Source of the DNA: Nitrospinaceae bacterium
GTDB lineage: Bacteria; Nitrospinota; Nitrospinia; Nitrospinales; VA-1
Length of the DNA: 60,034 bases
Assembly (NCBI GenBank): GCA_029261475.1
Contig: JAJDBG010000043.1
Location: 1 to 60,034 of the forward strand
Direction of reading: 5' to 3'
Under the pieces are notes generated by a model. That model saw only the letters and a list, made by a program, of their open reading frames with translations. It was not told where the DNA came from and did not search any database. The translations under genes and the position numbers were made by a program. Below are positions 51,197 through 60,034 of this stretch, in pieces. Within the stretch, counting starts at the first letter, position 1; each line of letters opens with the position of its first letter.

Positions 51197-52036
51197 ATGA
51201 AAAATCCAGCTAGAAACCTGATTTTTTTTACGGTTCTCCTTTTTTGTGCTTGTGCGCAGGTGCAAAATTTGACTTTGATGTCTGAGGAGCCCCCCGTGAA
51301 GGGATCGGAACCGACTGTTGAGGAAGTTTATACATGGTTTCCGCCAAGTCAAGAGAAGTTACAGGCACGTAAGCTTCGCCAGCAACATCTAGATTCGATT
51401 GAGGTAGAAGTTTCGCAACTATATCTCAACCATGAAAACAATATAAAATTGGCGAATCGATTCGAGGATCGTGTAGATCCTTGGGCTCCTGCTATCTCGA
51501 ATTGGGAAAGTCGTGTTCAACAAGAAATAGTCCTGCAGGAAAAACGCGGCGAGTCGGCGGGGAGAATACTCGACAGTGTGAAAAAAGAGATGGCAGTGGT
51601 TGACCAAAAGTTGGAAGATTTTAAAAAGGTCCCGCCAAAATCTGGATTTTCTTATAATGACTATGTAGTCGCGGTAGGTTTCTTTCGTGACGGAAAATAT
51701 AAAGAGAGCATTGATACTTTTAAGAAGGTGTTGGCGCAAAGACCACCTTTGGCCTTAATGGATAATATTCACTTTGCTATCAGTTCCTCTTATTACCATC
51801 TTAAGGAATACAAGAAAACAGTTTTTCATCTGGATAAAATCATTAAAAAATACCCAGAGGGTGACAAATGGCATATGTCTTACGTCATGCTGGGTCTTGC
51901 TTATAATGCTTTGGGGCAGAAGAGTCAGGCCATTTACGGATTGGAAGAGGTTTTAAAGAAAAACCCACCGACGCAAATTATAAAATTAGTCAACCGGTTG
52001 AGGAAATTAATAGATGTCGAACCCGCTGAAAGTTAA
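51197..52036 (+). CDS. TPR lipoprotein, CpoB/YbgF-like (paralogue of 2752-3720)
   Basis: Lipobox FCAC, coiled coil, PPLALMDNIHFAI, YPEGDK, YVMLGLAY..LGQKSQA. Confidence 0.75.
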   Translation: MKNPARNLIFFTVLLFCACAQVQNLTLMSEEPPVKGSEPTVEEVYTWFPPSQEKLQARKLRQQHLDSIEVEVSQLYLNHENNIKLANRFEDRVDPWAPAISNWESRVQQEIVLQEKRGESAGRILDSVKKEMAVVDQKLEDFKKVPPKSGFSYNDYVVAVGFFRDGKYKESIDTFKKVLAQRPPLALMDNIHFAISSSYYHLKEYKKTVFHLDKIIKKYPEGDKWHMSYVMLGLAYNALGQKSQAIYGLEEVLKKNPPTQIIKLVNRLRKLIDVEPAES

Positions 52037-52679
52037 TCATCCCGCACCAGAATTGCAAATCGATTCATGGGTGCAGGGAGAAGCTGGAACGTTGGAGCAG
52101 GAGAAGGGCAAGGTGGTATTGATCGAAGTGTTTCAGGTCAACTGCCCGGGATGTTTTATTGGCGGATTGCCTGAGGCAATCGCTGTATACGAGAAGTTTC
52201 AATCTGCTCCGTTGACCGTATGGGGGCTTGCTACGGCGTTTGAAGATCACGATAAAAATTCCATTGAGAATCTAAAAAAACTGTTAACTAGGGGAGAAGT
52301 TGTTGGCGATACCCTTGCTGAACTTGGACGTAGAAACCTCTTGAATTTTGATCGATTGATTTACTCTATTCCTTTTCCTGTAGCATGGGATAAGGTTGTT
52401 CCAGCGAAGGTGAAAATAGACGATGAGGCGGTAAAAAAAATCATAGATCGAGACATTCCTCAGTTTGAAAAATTAGCTCCAGAAATGAAAAAATCAGTTA
52501 TAGAGCAAGTGGAATCGTATCTTCTCAAAAAAACTCATACCGCTCATACCTTTGAGACTTATCAACTGCGTGGCACACCATCGGCTATATTGATAGACAA
52601 GAAAGGTAATTTGCGAGAGTGCTTGTTTGGTTCCAGTCTTGAATTGGAAGAAAAAGTTAGCCGCTTGCTGGATGAGTGA
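52014..52679 (+). CDS. Redoxin/TlpA-like thioredoxin-fold protein
   Basis: APEL, GKVVLIEVFQVNCPGC, LRGTPSAILIDKKG. Confidence 0.8.
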   Translation: MSNPLKVNHPAPELQIDSWVQGEAGTLEQEKGKVVLIEVFQVNCPGCFIGGLPEAIAVYEKFQSAPLTVWGLATAFEDHDKNSIENLKKLLTRGEVVGDTLAELGRRNLLNFDRLIYSIPFPVAWDKVVPAKVKIDDEAVKKIIDRDIPQFEKLAPEMKKSVIEQVESYLLKKTHTAHTFETYQLRGTPSAILIDKKGNLRECLFGSSLELEEKVSRLLDE

Positions 52680-52730
52680 AGTTGTGGCTTTGGTTGACGA
52701 CCTCCTTTGTAAAACGAAAATCCACACAGT

Positions 52731-53603
52731 ATGAATGAAAATTCGATAGTTTACGTCAACTCAGAATTTGTTCCTCTGAGCCAGGCTAAAATTTCGATCA
52801 TGGATCGCGGGTTTCTCTATGGAGACGGGCTTTTTGAAACCTTGCGTGCTTATGATGGTCAAGTTTTCAAGCTGAATGAACATCTCGCACGCATGGGCCA
52901 CTCTGCCAATGCGCTTAAGATACCCATTCCCATGGAACTTGTGGAATTGGGACGTGTCGTTCAAACCTTGCTCGAAAAAAATAATCTGAAAGATGCAATC
53001 GTTCGCATCACCTTAACGCGGGGTGTCAGCGATCACGGTATTTTGATAGAGGACAGCTCACCCACACTTGTCCTCTTTGCCCGTCCTATAGGTGAATCCC
53101 TGCAATGTTATGAAACGGGCGTTTCTATTGTTCTTGTCCCAGGGGTGACCTCTGCGTTGCCGGGTATATCACAGGGGATCAAGTCCTGCAATTTTCTATC
53201 ACAAATATTATTACGCGAAAATGCGCGTCAAAAAGGGGCTTTTGAAGCCATTGCTTTGAGTGATGATAATTTGTTGACTGAAGGAAGTGTCAGCAATGTT
53301 TTTCTGGTAAAAGATGGCATCTTGAAAACACCTGCGTTGACTTCTTGTATTCTGCCCGGTATCACGAGGCAGACGATTCTTGAAATTGCGTCTGCTCATA
53401 AAATTGAATGTATGGAAACGGAGTTGATGGCCCCGTCTCTGTATTCGGCCGACGAGGTATTCATCGTAAATACGGGATGGGAAATCATGCCAGTGCTTGA
53501 GGTTGATGGCAGGCGCATCGGTTCGGATGTTCCTGGTCTTTTGACCCGACGCATACATTTCTATTATCGCAAAATCATTGAAGCTTTAAACGATCCATGC
53601 TAG
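52731..53603 (+). CDS. Class IV PLP aminotransferase (IlvE/PabC/Dat family)
   Basis: DRGFLYGDGLFETLR, HLARM, KSCN, EGSVSNVF, LPGITR, ADEVF. Confidence 0.9.
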   Translation: MNENSIVYVNSEFVPLSQAKISIMDRGFLYGDGLFETLRAYDGQVFKLNEHLARMGHSANALKIPIPMELVELGRVVQTLLEKNNLKDAIVRITLTRGVSDHGILIEDSSPTLVLFARPIGESLQCYETGVSIVLVPGVTSALPGISQGIKSCNFLSQILLRENARQKGAFEAIALSDDNLLTEGSVSNVFLVKDGILKTPALTSCILPGITRQTILEIASAHKIECMETELMAPSLYSADEVFIVNTGWEIMPVLEVDGRRIGSDVPGLLTRRIHFYYRKIIEALNDPC

Positions 53604-53735
53604 TTTTTCATACATTAAAACCAGACTTCCTTTTAAGTGCTTGCCTGAATCAGTTCTAATTTAAAAGGATGTAGCCTCTCATGAGGAATAGTGTTGACTT
53701 GTGAGATCCAATAATTTGAAGAGAGAATTGACGAT

Positions 53736-54164
53736 ATGACAGATTCTGAGCAATATATTGAGGAGTCCAGCGGACCGATTACCGACACAAAATCAGGTTT
53801 GCAGTGGCTCCCCAAAGATTCAAAGCAAGACCTCGGTGATTGGAAGAATGTTGATGAAATCAACGCCTATATCAGAATAATGAGGCAGGTTTACGCAGGC
53901 GGATGCAACGATTGGCGTATGCCTACTACTAAAGAAGCCCTTACTTTGTTCAATAAAAAAGTGGTGCAAAAGGATTTTGAGGGCAAGGATATTTATATTT
54001 CGCCTCTTTTCGTAGTCAGTTGCGCCTATAAAATGTGGACGAGTGATATCAACGACGAAGGTAAGTTTTGCTGTCTGAATTTAAGAACGGGTGAGAAAGA
54101 ATATGTGGATAAGGACGAAAGGGAAAACAATTCAACCCGGCTTGTGAGGGTTAAATCTCGTTGA
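53736..54164 (+). CDS. DUF1566 (Lcl-type) domain protein
   Basis: ITDTKSGLQW, YAGGCNDWRMPTTKEALTL, WTS, TRLVR. Confidence 0.8.
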   Translation: MTDSEQYIEESSGPITDTKSGLQWLPKDSKQDLGDWKNVDEINAYIRIMRQVYAGGCNDWRMPTTKEALTLFNKKVVQKDFEGKDIYISPLFVVSCAYKMWTSDINDEGKFCCLNLRTGEKEYVDKDERENNSTRLVRVKSR

Positions 54165-54173
54165 TTCCAGTTT

Positions 54174-54587
54174 TTAGGTTGCTTCGTTGACTGATTGCAT
54201 ATTCATAAAGGTTCGCAAAAATTTGTCTGTATTCATTTCCGCTAAACCTTTTTCATGAAAATCAGCGTCCTTAAATATTTTATCGACAGTGCCTTCACCG
54301 GAAGGATTCACTGCAAGAATATCGGCGTGCTTTGTATTGTCGAAACCGTTAAAAAGGGTTCCTGCAATTTCAGCAGGTGCCGATAGGGAAATGCACCTTC
54401 CCAAGCGAATCGATTTGGAATCATCTTTCCAATCAACAAATAGATGTTCGTTGTCAACCCGTGTTTCGGGCTCAACATCCATTTCCGAACCCAAAAGAAA
54501 TATTTTTTGATCTATTCTAACCGCGTAGACAGGTTTGAAAGTACCTTTGATCCAAACCTTCCCCTTGTCCGCTATGTGTTGGGTCAT
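54174..54587 (-). CDS. Hypothetical protein
   Basis: 137-aa ORF filling the gap between genes, normal amino-acid composition, no recognised motif. Confidence 0.65.
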   Translation of the reverse strand: MTQHIADKGKVWIKGTFKPVYAVRIDQKIFLLGSEMDVEPETRVDNEHLFVDWKDDSKSIRLGRCISLSAPAEIAGTLFNGFDNTKHADILAVNPSGEGTVDKIFKDADFHEKGLAEMNTDKFLRTFMNMQSVNEAT

Positions 54588-54735
54588 CGTTATAATGAGA
54601 GTTAAATTGTTTTAGAATTTACACTATACTATTTCAGCTATGTAGATTTTACAATTGAGTTTGGTTTGTGGCTATTTATTTTAAAACATAGAGCCTCTTT
54701 CCAGCGGCCTGCGGATATAAAGTGACCGAACAGTT

Positions 54736-55881
54736 TTGACTAATTACGAACTATTTTATAGCAGATTGCAAAAAGATTTATCCACTCGTCGGGAAAATAA
54801 TTTATACCGTGAAACCCGCCTATCGCCAGAGGGGTTGATTGATCTTTCTTCCAACGATTACCTGCAACTCCGTACTCATCCCGCTGTTCTTGAAGGAGCG
54901 AGAAAAGCTACGGAAACTTATGGTGCCGGGAGTGGTGCATCCCCTCTTTTAACAGGGTTTAAGCCCTGTCACCAAGCCTTACTCGATAAAATTTTGGCCT
55001 GGAAAAGTAAGAAATTTGGCATGTTATTCAATACGGGTTTCATGGCAAATCAGGCCGTATTTTCACACCTCCCACAGAAAAATGATTTGATCCTTGCGGA
55101 CCGCCTGATTCATCATTCCATTGCGCAAACCTTGAATCATTCGAAAGTTCGCTTTAAAAGATACCTTCACCTTGATTTAGAGCATCTGGAACGCGAGCTG
55201 AAAAAAACACAATACGATACCGTATTTGTTGTCACTGAAAGTATTTTCAGTATGGATGGTGACTATCCCGACTTGAAGCATTTGGCAAAATTGAAAGAAA
55301 AGTACGGCTTTGTATGGATTTTAGATGAGGCGCACGGGGTCGGCGTCTATGGCGCGAGCGGAGCGGGGTTGGCCGAGGAAATGGGCGTTGGCTCTATGGT
55401 GGATGTGATGATTGGGACACTAGGTAAAGCCTTGGGAAGTATGGGTGCCTATGTTATATCCGACCGTAGCGAGATCATTGAATTCTTAACCAATACAGCA
55501 GGTGAGTACATATTTTCAACGTTTTTATGCCCTTCGGCGGCGGGTGCCGCGCATTCTGCTATTGATCTAGTCATTGCGGATAGCGATAAACGTCATTCTC
55601 TGCGTGAAAAGTCCCTTGTTTTGCGGCAAGCTCTTGTTAAAATGGGATATAATCTAATAGAGTCAGATTCTCAGATCATTCCCATTGTTTTGAATGATGC
55701 CGGACAGGCTTTGAGGATGAGTGATTATTTTTATGATGAGGGAATACAAATTGGGGCCATTCGTTTTCCGACAGTTCCCAAGGGTAAAGAGCGATTGCGG
55801 TTGTCATTGCATTCGGCTATTTCCACAGAGCAAATATCTATAATCTTAAAGTTGTTCCAAAAATGGAAATCAAAAACATAA
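54736..55881 (+). CDS. bioF: 8-amino-7-oxononanoate synthase
   Basis: DLSSNDYL, GAGSGASPLLTG, TGFMAN, ESIFSMDGD, DEAHG, GTLGKALG, AIRFPTVP..RLR. Confidence 0.92.
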   Translation: MTNYELFYSRLQKDLSTRRENNLYRETRLSPEGLIDLSSNDYLQLRTHPAVLEGARKATETYGAGSGASPLLTGFKPCHQALLDKILAWKSKKFGMLFNTGFMANQAVFSHLPQKNDLILADRLIHHSIAQTLNHSKVRFKRYLHLDLEHLERELKKTQYDTVFVVTESIFSMDGDYPDLKHLAKLKEKYGFVWILDEAHGVGVYGASGAGLAEEMGVGSMVDVMIGTLGKALGSMGAYVISDRSEIIEFLTNTAGEYIFSTFLCPSAAGAAHSAIDLVIADSDKRHSLREKSLVLRQALVKMGYNLIESDSQIIPIVLNDAGQALRMSDYFYDEGIQIGAIRFPTVPKGKERLRLSLHSAISTEQISIILKLFQKWKSKT

Positions 55882-56519
55882 CCGCGGTTTGTGGCTGGGC
55901 TTTGCCACCCAATTGGTTTGGCGAGCAGATTCAGCAAGCGTTCCCCAATAGCCGCATAAAAACCCTTTATCCAACCAACCCGTTTTGCTCTGAGTCGGCT
56001 CGTAAAGCCTTGGACGAAAACCCTGCGGATTTATACATAGGGTATTCTTTGGGAAGTTTGTGGCTGTTCACGCATCGACAGTATTTACCCTCATCGTCGA
56101 TAAAAGCCGCTATCGCTCCGATTTTGTCATTCACACATGAAGGCGATAGGGGAGGGAAAACACCAAAAACTAAATTAAAATTTTTCCTAAGGTTGCTGGA
56201 ACGCAGTTTGGAAACAGGGCAGGCGGCATTGAAAGATTTTTATTCAGTTTGTTCAGCACCTTTTCCTGACGACCGATTGATTGAAGTTCCGCAACGGGGT
56301 GTCTTGATAAAAGGACTGGAGTTTCTGGAATCTGCGTTGGCAACCCCTGCATCCACCAAAGATTTTATTGCCGTTTCAGGGGAAAAGGATGTTTTTTTAG
56401 ATTCTGAAATTTTGCGACGCTATATTCCTGGCTTACTCATAGAAAAGGCAGTGGGGCATTCGCCAGGGCCTTTATTAAGGCGTTTGGCGAAAGAATTGAG
56501 CCGGAGAAATTTATTATGA
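55863..56519 (+). CDS. alpha/beta-hydrolase, probable pimeloyl-ACP methyl ester esterase (BioH-equivalent)
   Basis: CGW oxyanion motif, GYSLG nucleophile elbow, GEKD, GHSP; lies between bioF and bioC. Confidence 0.7.
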   Translation: MEIKNITAVCGWALPPNWFGEQIQQAFPNSRIKTLYPTNPFCSESARKALDENPADLYIGYSLGSLWLFTHRQYLPSSSIKAAIAPILSFTHEGDRGGKTPKTKLKFFLRLLERSLETGQAALKDFYSVCSAPFPDDRLIEVPQRGVLIKGLEFLESALATPASTKDFIAVSGEKDVFLDSEILRRYIPGLLIEKAVGHSPGPLLRRLAKELSRRNLL

Positions 56520-58789
56520 AAATCCTCGGCATCGACTTCACTTCAGCTCCTAGTAGCAAGAAACTGCTTCCTTGTGTGCACAGTGTTTTTAAAAAGAATC
56601 GGAAGCTCATTCTTGAGCGACTTGATTTTTTAGCAGACTTCGAACAATTTGAACAGTTGATAGATGAAGAGGAGGGACCTTGGTTCCTCGGTATCGATTG
56701 TCCTTTAGGGCTTCCTTCCACATTTCTTTCCCAAATTTCAGATTCGCAAGTATGGAGCGACTATGTTGCATCTGTTTCAAATATGGAATGGAAAGAATTT
56801 GAATCTAAAATTAAAAGTTATAAATCCAGTCGTCCCTCTCAAAGTAAAGACAGTCTGCGACTGACTGATGAACTGGCTCGGGCACTTAGTCCATTGAAAC
56901 TTTTGAATCCTCCTTTAGCGAAAATGTTTTATGAGTTGGCACCCCGGCTATCAGGTAAAGGTGTTTCTATTTTGCCTTGCTGTCCGAGGGATGACGACCG
57001 AATCATTTTGGAGACATATCCTGCATTATTGGCACGTCGTTTCGCAGGAAAATACAAAGGAAATTCCAAGACGCAAACGAATTCGGAAATGCAAGATGCC
57101 CGAAAAGCTATATTGAAAGGAATTTGCTCCGAGGAGTTCAATGCTGAATTTGGTTTTAAGATTGAGGTTGGTGAAGAAATAATAATAAAGGCGGTGGAGG
57201 ACTCGAACGGAGATGTCCTCGATTCTGTTTTGTGCGCAGTGCAGGCGGGCTGGGCCTACCACAATAAAAGTAGAAATTATGGAATTCCAAGCAACGCTCA
57301 CCCCATCATTTCTTCAGAAGGCTGGATTGTTGATCCTCGGTTAGTCACGGAGATGGTTGCTAGTTCGTCTTCCTCCAAGGATAATTTAACTCAACTGTTA
57401 AATAAAAATTTCAATCAATCAGACCATCATGCCGTCAACTTGATGAGCCAAGTCAAAAAGCTATCCGATGTGGGCAGAGCATTGTCTGGCAAGCGTGATT
57501 TGAACGAGTTGCTGGAAAAAATAGTAACAGAATCGCGCACATTGACTAATGCCGATGGTGGAACCTTGTACATTCTTGAAAACGAATCGTTGGCCTTTAA
57601 AATTGTTCAAAACGATTCACTAAATATTTTTATGGGAGGGACGACGGGGACTGAAATAAGTTTCCCTCCTGTGCAGATGAAGAAATCCAACGTTTCTGCC
57701 TATTCTGCAATGAAGGGTATTTCGATCAACATTCCCGATGTTTATAATTATAAGTCTTTCGATTTTACAGGCCCTAGGAAATTTGACAAGGCAACAAATT
57801 ACCGCACACAATCCATGTTGGTTGTACCGATGCGAAACTATGAGGAAGAAGTCATAGGTGTACTGCAAATTCTCAATGCGCTTGATCCAGAGGATGGGAA
57901 AACGGTCATCCCCTTTTCAGAAAACCATGAAGGGCTGGTGGAGTCTTTGGCCTCGCAGGCGGCAGTTGCTCTAAGCAATGTCAATTTGATCAATCAATTG
58001 CAAAAAACCAATACCGAATTGATAACGACACGCGACCAGGCACTTGAAGCCAACCGGGCAAAGAGTGCTTTTCTTGCGAATATGAGTCACGAATTGAGAA
58101 CTCCGATGAATGCGATTCTCGGTTACAGCGAAATACTTTTGGAAGATGCCGAGGAAATGGGTCTCGATGATTTTAATGATGATCTGAAAAAAATACTTTC
58201 CTCTGGAAATCATTTACTAGGATTGATCGATGAAATTCTGGACCTTTCAAAAATAGAAGCGGGAAAAATGGAAATTTTTCTTGCTTCATTTCCAGTTCGA
58301 GAGATGGTTGCAGATGTGTTGGACAATGTGAAAATTTTAGCTCAAAAAAATGGAAATAAGCTGGAGCTGGATTGTCCGAGCGCGATTGGGACAATGACTG
58401 CAGACCCTGTTCGTGTTAAGCAAATGCTGATAAATCTATTGAGCAATGCTTGTAAGTTCACCGAAAAGGGAACGGTCACCTTAAAAATTTATCGTGAATC
58501 AATTGATAGCCAAGGATGGATATTTTTTAACGTGATTGATAACGGTATTGGCATTGAACAGAACCAGATCAAAAGGTTATTTCAAGAGTTCACGCAAGTG
58601 GATGACACCTCGACAAGGAAGGTTGGAGGTACGGGTTTAGGATTAGCTATCAGCCGACGATTTTGCCAAATGATGGGTGGCGACATTCATGTGACCAGTG
58701 AGATAGGAAAAGGTTCTACTTTCAGCATCAAATTGCCCGTGAAAATTGCGGAAACCACTCCGCTCAAAAGAAGAGCAAGCGATCACTAA
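56516..58789 (+). CDS. DUF429 nuclease-like domain + GAF + histidine kinase fusion
   Basis: aa 1-275 has [29 protein letters not shown]; GAF at about aa 325-490; H-box [12 protein letters not shown]; N/G1/G2 boxes [21 protein letters not shown]; no TM helix and no receiver domain. Confidence 0.85.
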   Translation: MKILGIDFTSAPSSKKLLPCVHSVFKKNRKLILERLDFLADFEQFEQLIDEEEGPWFLGIDCPLGLPSTFLSQISDSQVWSDYVASVSNMEWKEFESKIKSYKSSRPSQSKDSLRLTDELARALSPLKLLNPPLAKMFYELAPRLSGKGVSILPCCPRDDDRIILETYPALLARRFAGKYKGNSKTQTNSEMQDARKAILKGICSEEFNAEFGFKIEVGEEIIIKAVEDSNGDVLDSVLCAVQAGWAYHNKSRNYGIPSNAHPIISSEGWIVDPRLVTEMVASSSSSKDNLTQLLNKNFNQSDHHAVNLMSQVKKLSDVGRALSGKRDLNELLEKIVTESRTLTNADGGTLYILENESLAFKIVQNDSLNIFMGGTTGTEISFPPVQMKKSNVSAYSAMKGISINIPDVYNYKSFDFTGPRKFDKATNYRTQSMLVVPMRNYEEEVIGVLQILNALDPEDGKTVIPFSENHEGLVESLASQAAVALSNVNLINQLQKTNTELITTRDQALEANRAKSAFLANMSHELRTPMNAILGYSEILLEDAEEMGLDDFNDDLKKILSSGNHLLGLIDEILDLSKIEAGKMEIFLASFPVREMVADVLDNVKILAQKNGNKLELDCPSAIGTMTADPVRVKQMLINLLSNACKFTEKGTVTLKIYRESIDSQGWIFFNVIDNGIGIEQNQIKRLFQEFTQVDDTSTRKVGGTGLGLAISRRFCQMMGGDIHVTSEIGKGSTFSIKLPVKIAETTPLKRRASDH

Positions 58790-58851
58790 AATAGCTTTTG
58801 GATTTTTATTTTTGTGCTTCCCCATCCTCAATACCTAAATATCTCTTCGTC

Positions 58852-59604
58852 ATGAAACAACCGGACCCAACCATTGCCATTGCGAAGAGCTTTTCGAAGC
58901 ATGCGGAAAGTTACGAACAGCATGCTTTGTTGCAAAAAGACATGGCTGAACAATTGACGCGGTTTCTACCTCCATCAATTCCTGCCAGTGTATTAGAAAT
59001 CGGTTGCGGTACGGGTCTGTTTACACAAAAATTAATTGGGGCAAATATTGCTCAATTGTACCTCAATGATATTTCTCCACAAATGTTGACGCGGCTTAAG
59101 TCATCATTGGCACTACCGTCGAATACGAAATTGTATTGCGGAGACGCTTGCCAACTTGATTTTCCAAGTTCTGACTTGATCGCGGCCAATGCGGTGTTCC
59201 AATGGTTTGAAAATCCTCAAGACCTTGTACGACGATTGAAGCAATTCCTGAATCCTGAGGGTCATTTGATCTTCAGTGTGTTTGGTCCAGAAACTCTGAA
59301 AGAATTTCGTCGTATTGCCAGGATCGATGGTCCTATAAGCTTGTATTCGCTAGAGCAATGGATACTTTGGTTGAAGAATGCCGGTTTCGTTGTCAAACAA
59401 AGTGAAAAGGAAATTAGAAAAACACACTGGTCCGATACACGTTCACTCATGAAAAATTTACAGCAAGTGGGTGCCGTGCCGATAAGGAAATTATCTTATC
59501 GTGAAGTAAAGAGATTGATCTCAGATTATGAAAACTCTTTTGCAACAGTCGACGGGGTTTCTTCAGAATGGGAGATTTTCTATTTCTCTGCCGTTTTAAT
59601 ATAG
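58852..59604 (+). CDS. bioC: Malonyl-ACP O-methyltransferase
   Basis: IAKSFSKHAESYEQHALLQ, LEIGCGTG, NDIS, NAVFQW, FGPETLKE. Confidence 0.88.
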   Translation: MKQPDPTIAIAKSFSKHAESYEQHALLQKDMAEQLTRFLPPSIPASVLEIGCGTGLFTQKLIGANIAQLYLNDISPQMLTRLKSSLALPSNTKLYCGDACQLDFPSSDLIAANAVFQWFENPQDLVRRLKQFLNPEGHLIFSVFGPETLKEFRRIARIDGPISLYSLEQWILWLKNAGFVVKQSEKEIRKTHWSDTRSLMKNLQQVGAVPIRKLSYREVKRLISDYENSFATVDGVSSEWEIFYFSAVLI

Positions 59605-59622
59605 TTAGAAATCATCGATTTT

Positions 59623-60034
59623 ATGTCTTTAGAAATTTGGAAAAAAAATCTACAGGCTCTTGAAATATTCCATCCTCAATTGGCGCAACAGTTGTCTCTT
59701 GTTTCGAGTAAGGGAGCGTATAGCGCGCCACTATCCAAATCGGGAGTGCCCACACTGGTTTTCCACCCGCCTTCAGGAAACCCCAAATATTTGACCAGCT
59801 CCTATGACCCTTTGAAAGAAGCTCGGCGTACTATTGAGTCGTATTCTGAGTCTAAAATTTCATGCTACACATTCTATGGAATGAGTCTGGGACACACTTT
59901 GCTCGAATTGATTCAACGCTCGGACTCTAATGTAAGAGCCTTTGTTTTTGAGAGAGATCCTGAATTAATGCGATTGGCTATGGAGACTTTTGATTTTGAA
60001 TCAGCGATAAAAAATCAAGCCATTCGCTTTTATT
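59623..60034 (+). CDS. Second Maf/DUF115-family protein, 3'-partial (absent from the ORF track)
   Basis: Hand translation gives MSLEIWKKNLQAL...LTSSYDPLKEA...FYGMSLGH...FVFERDPEL, matching the N-terminus of 39257-40666. Confidence 0.8.
   Translation, partial: MSLEIWKKNLQALEIFHPQLAQQLSLVSSKGAYSAPLSKSGVPTLVFHPPSGNPKYLTSSYDPLKEARRTIESYSESKISCYTFYGMSLGHTLLELIQRSDSNVRAFVFERDPELMRLAMETFDFESAIKNQAIRFY

Overview
A gene-dense bacterial chromosomal segment with about 55 CDS. I saw no rRNA, tRNA, CRISPR array, transposase or prophage. The gene content (short LRR protein, DUF1566, DUF5069, His-rich exported proteins, Maf paralogues, class 1B PyrD) suggests a diderm bacterium, plausibly Nitrospinota-like; this is inference only. 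Housekeeping blocks include cysE-iscS, a cell-surface/kdsB-pyrG operon, pyrD-truA, gltBD, PBP1A, tatA, rnd, tsaB, a czcCBA-type RND system, mutL, DnaJ/CbpA and a bioF-esterase-bioC cluster. The most unusual items are: (1) a soluble fusion of a DUF429 (RNase H-like nuclease) domain, a cNMP-type GAF domain and a histidine kinase, translationally coupled inside the biotin operon; (2) a His-rich membrane leader ORF ending in an RSPP ribosome-arrest-like motif directly upstream of czcCBA; (3) an AT-rich DUF2971 cassette with REP-like palindromes, sitting at a sharp A/C-to-G/T strand-skew flip; (4) a MoxR AAA+ ATPase with an uncharacterised partner; (5) two candidate structured RNAs; (6) a 24-bp motif shared upstream of two CpoB-like lipoprotein paralogues. 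All family assignments come from motif recognition by eye, not from database searches.
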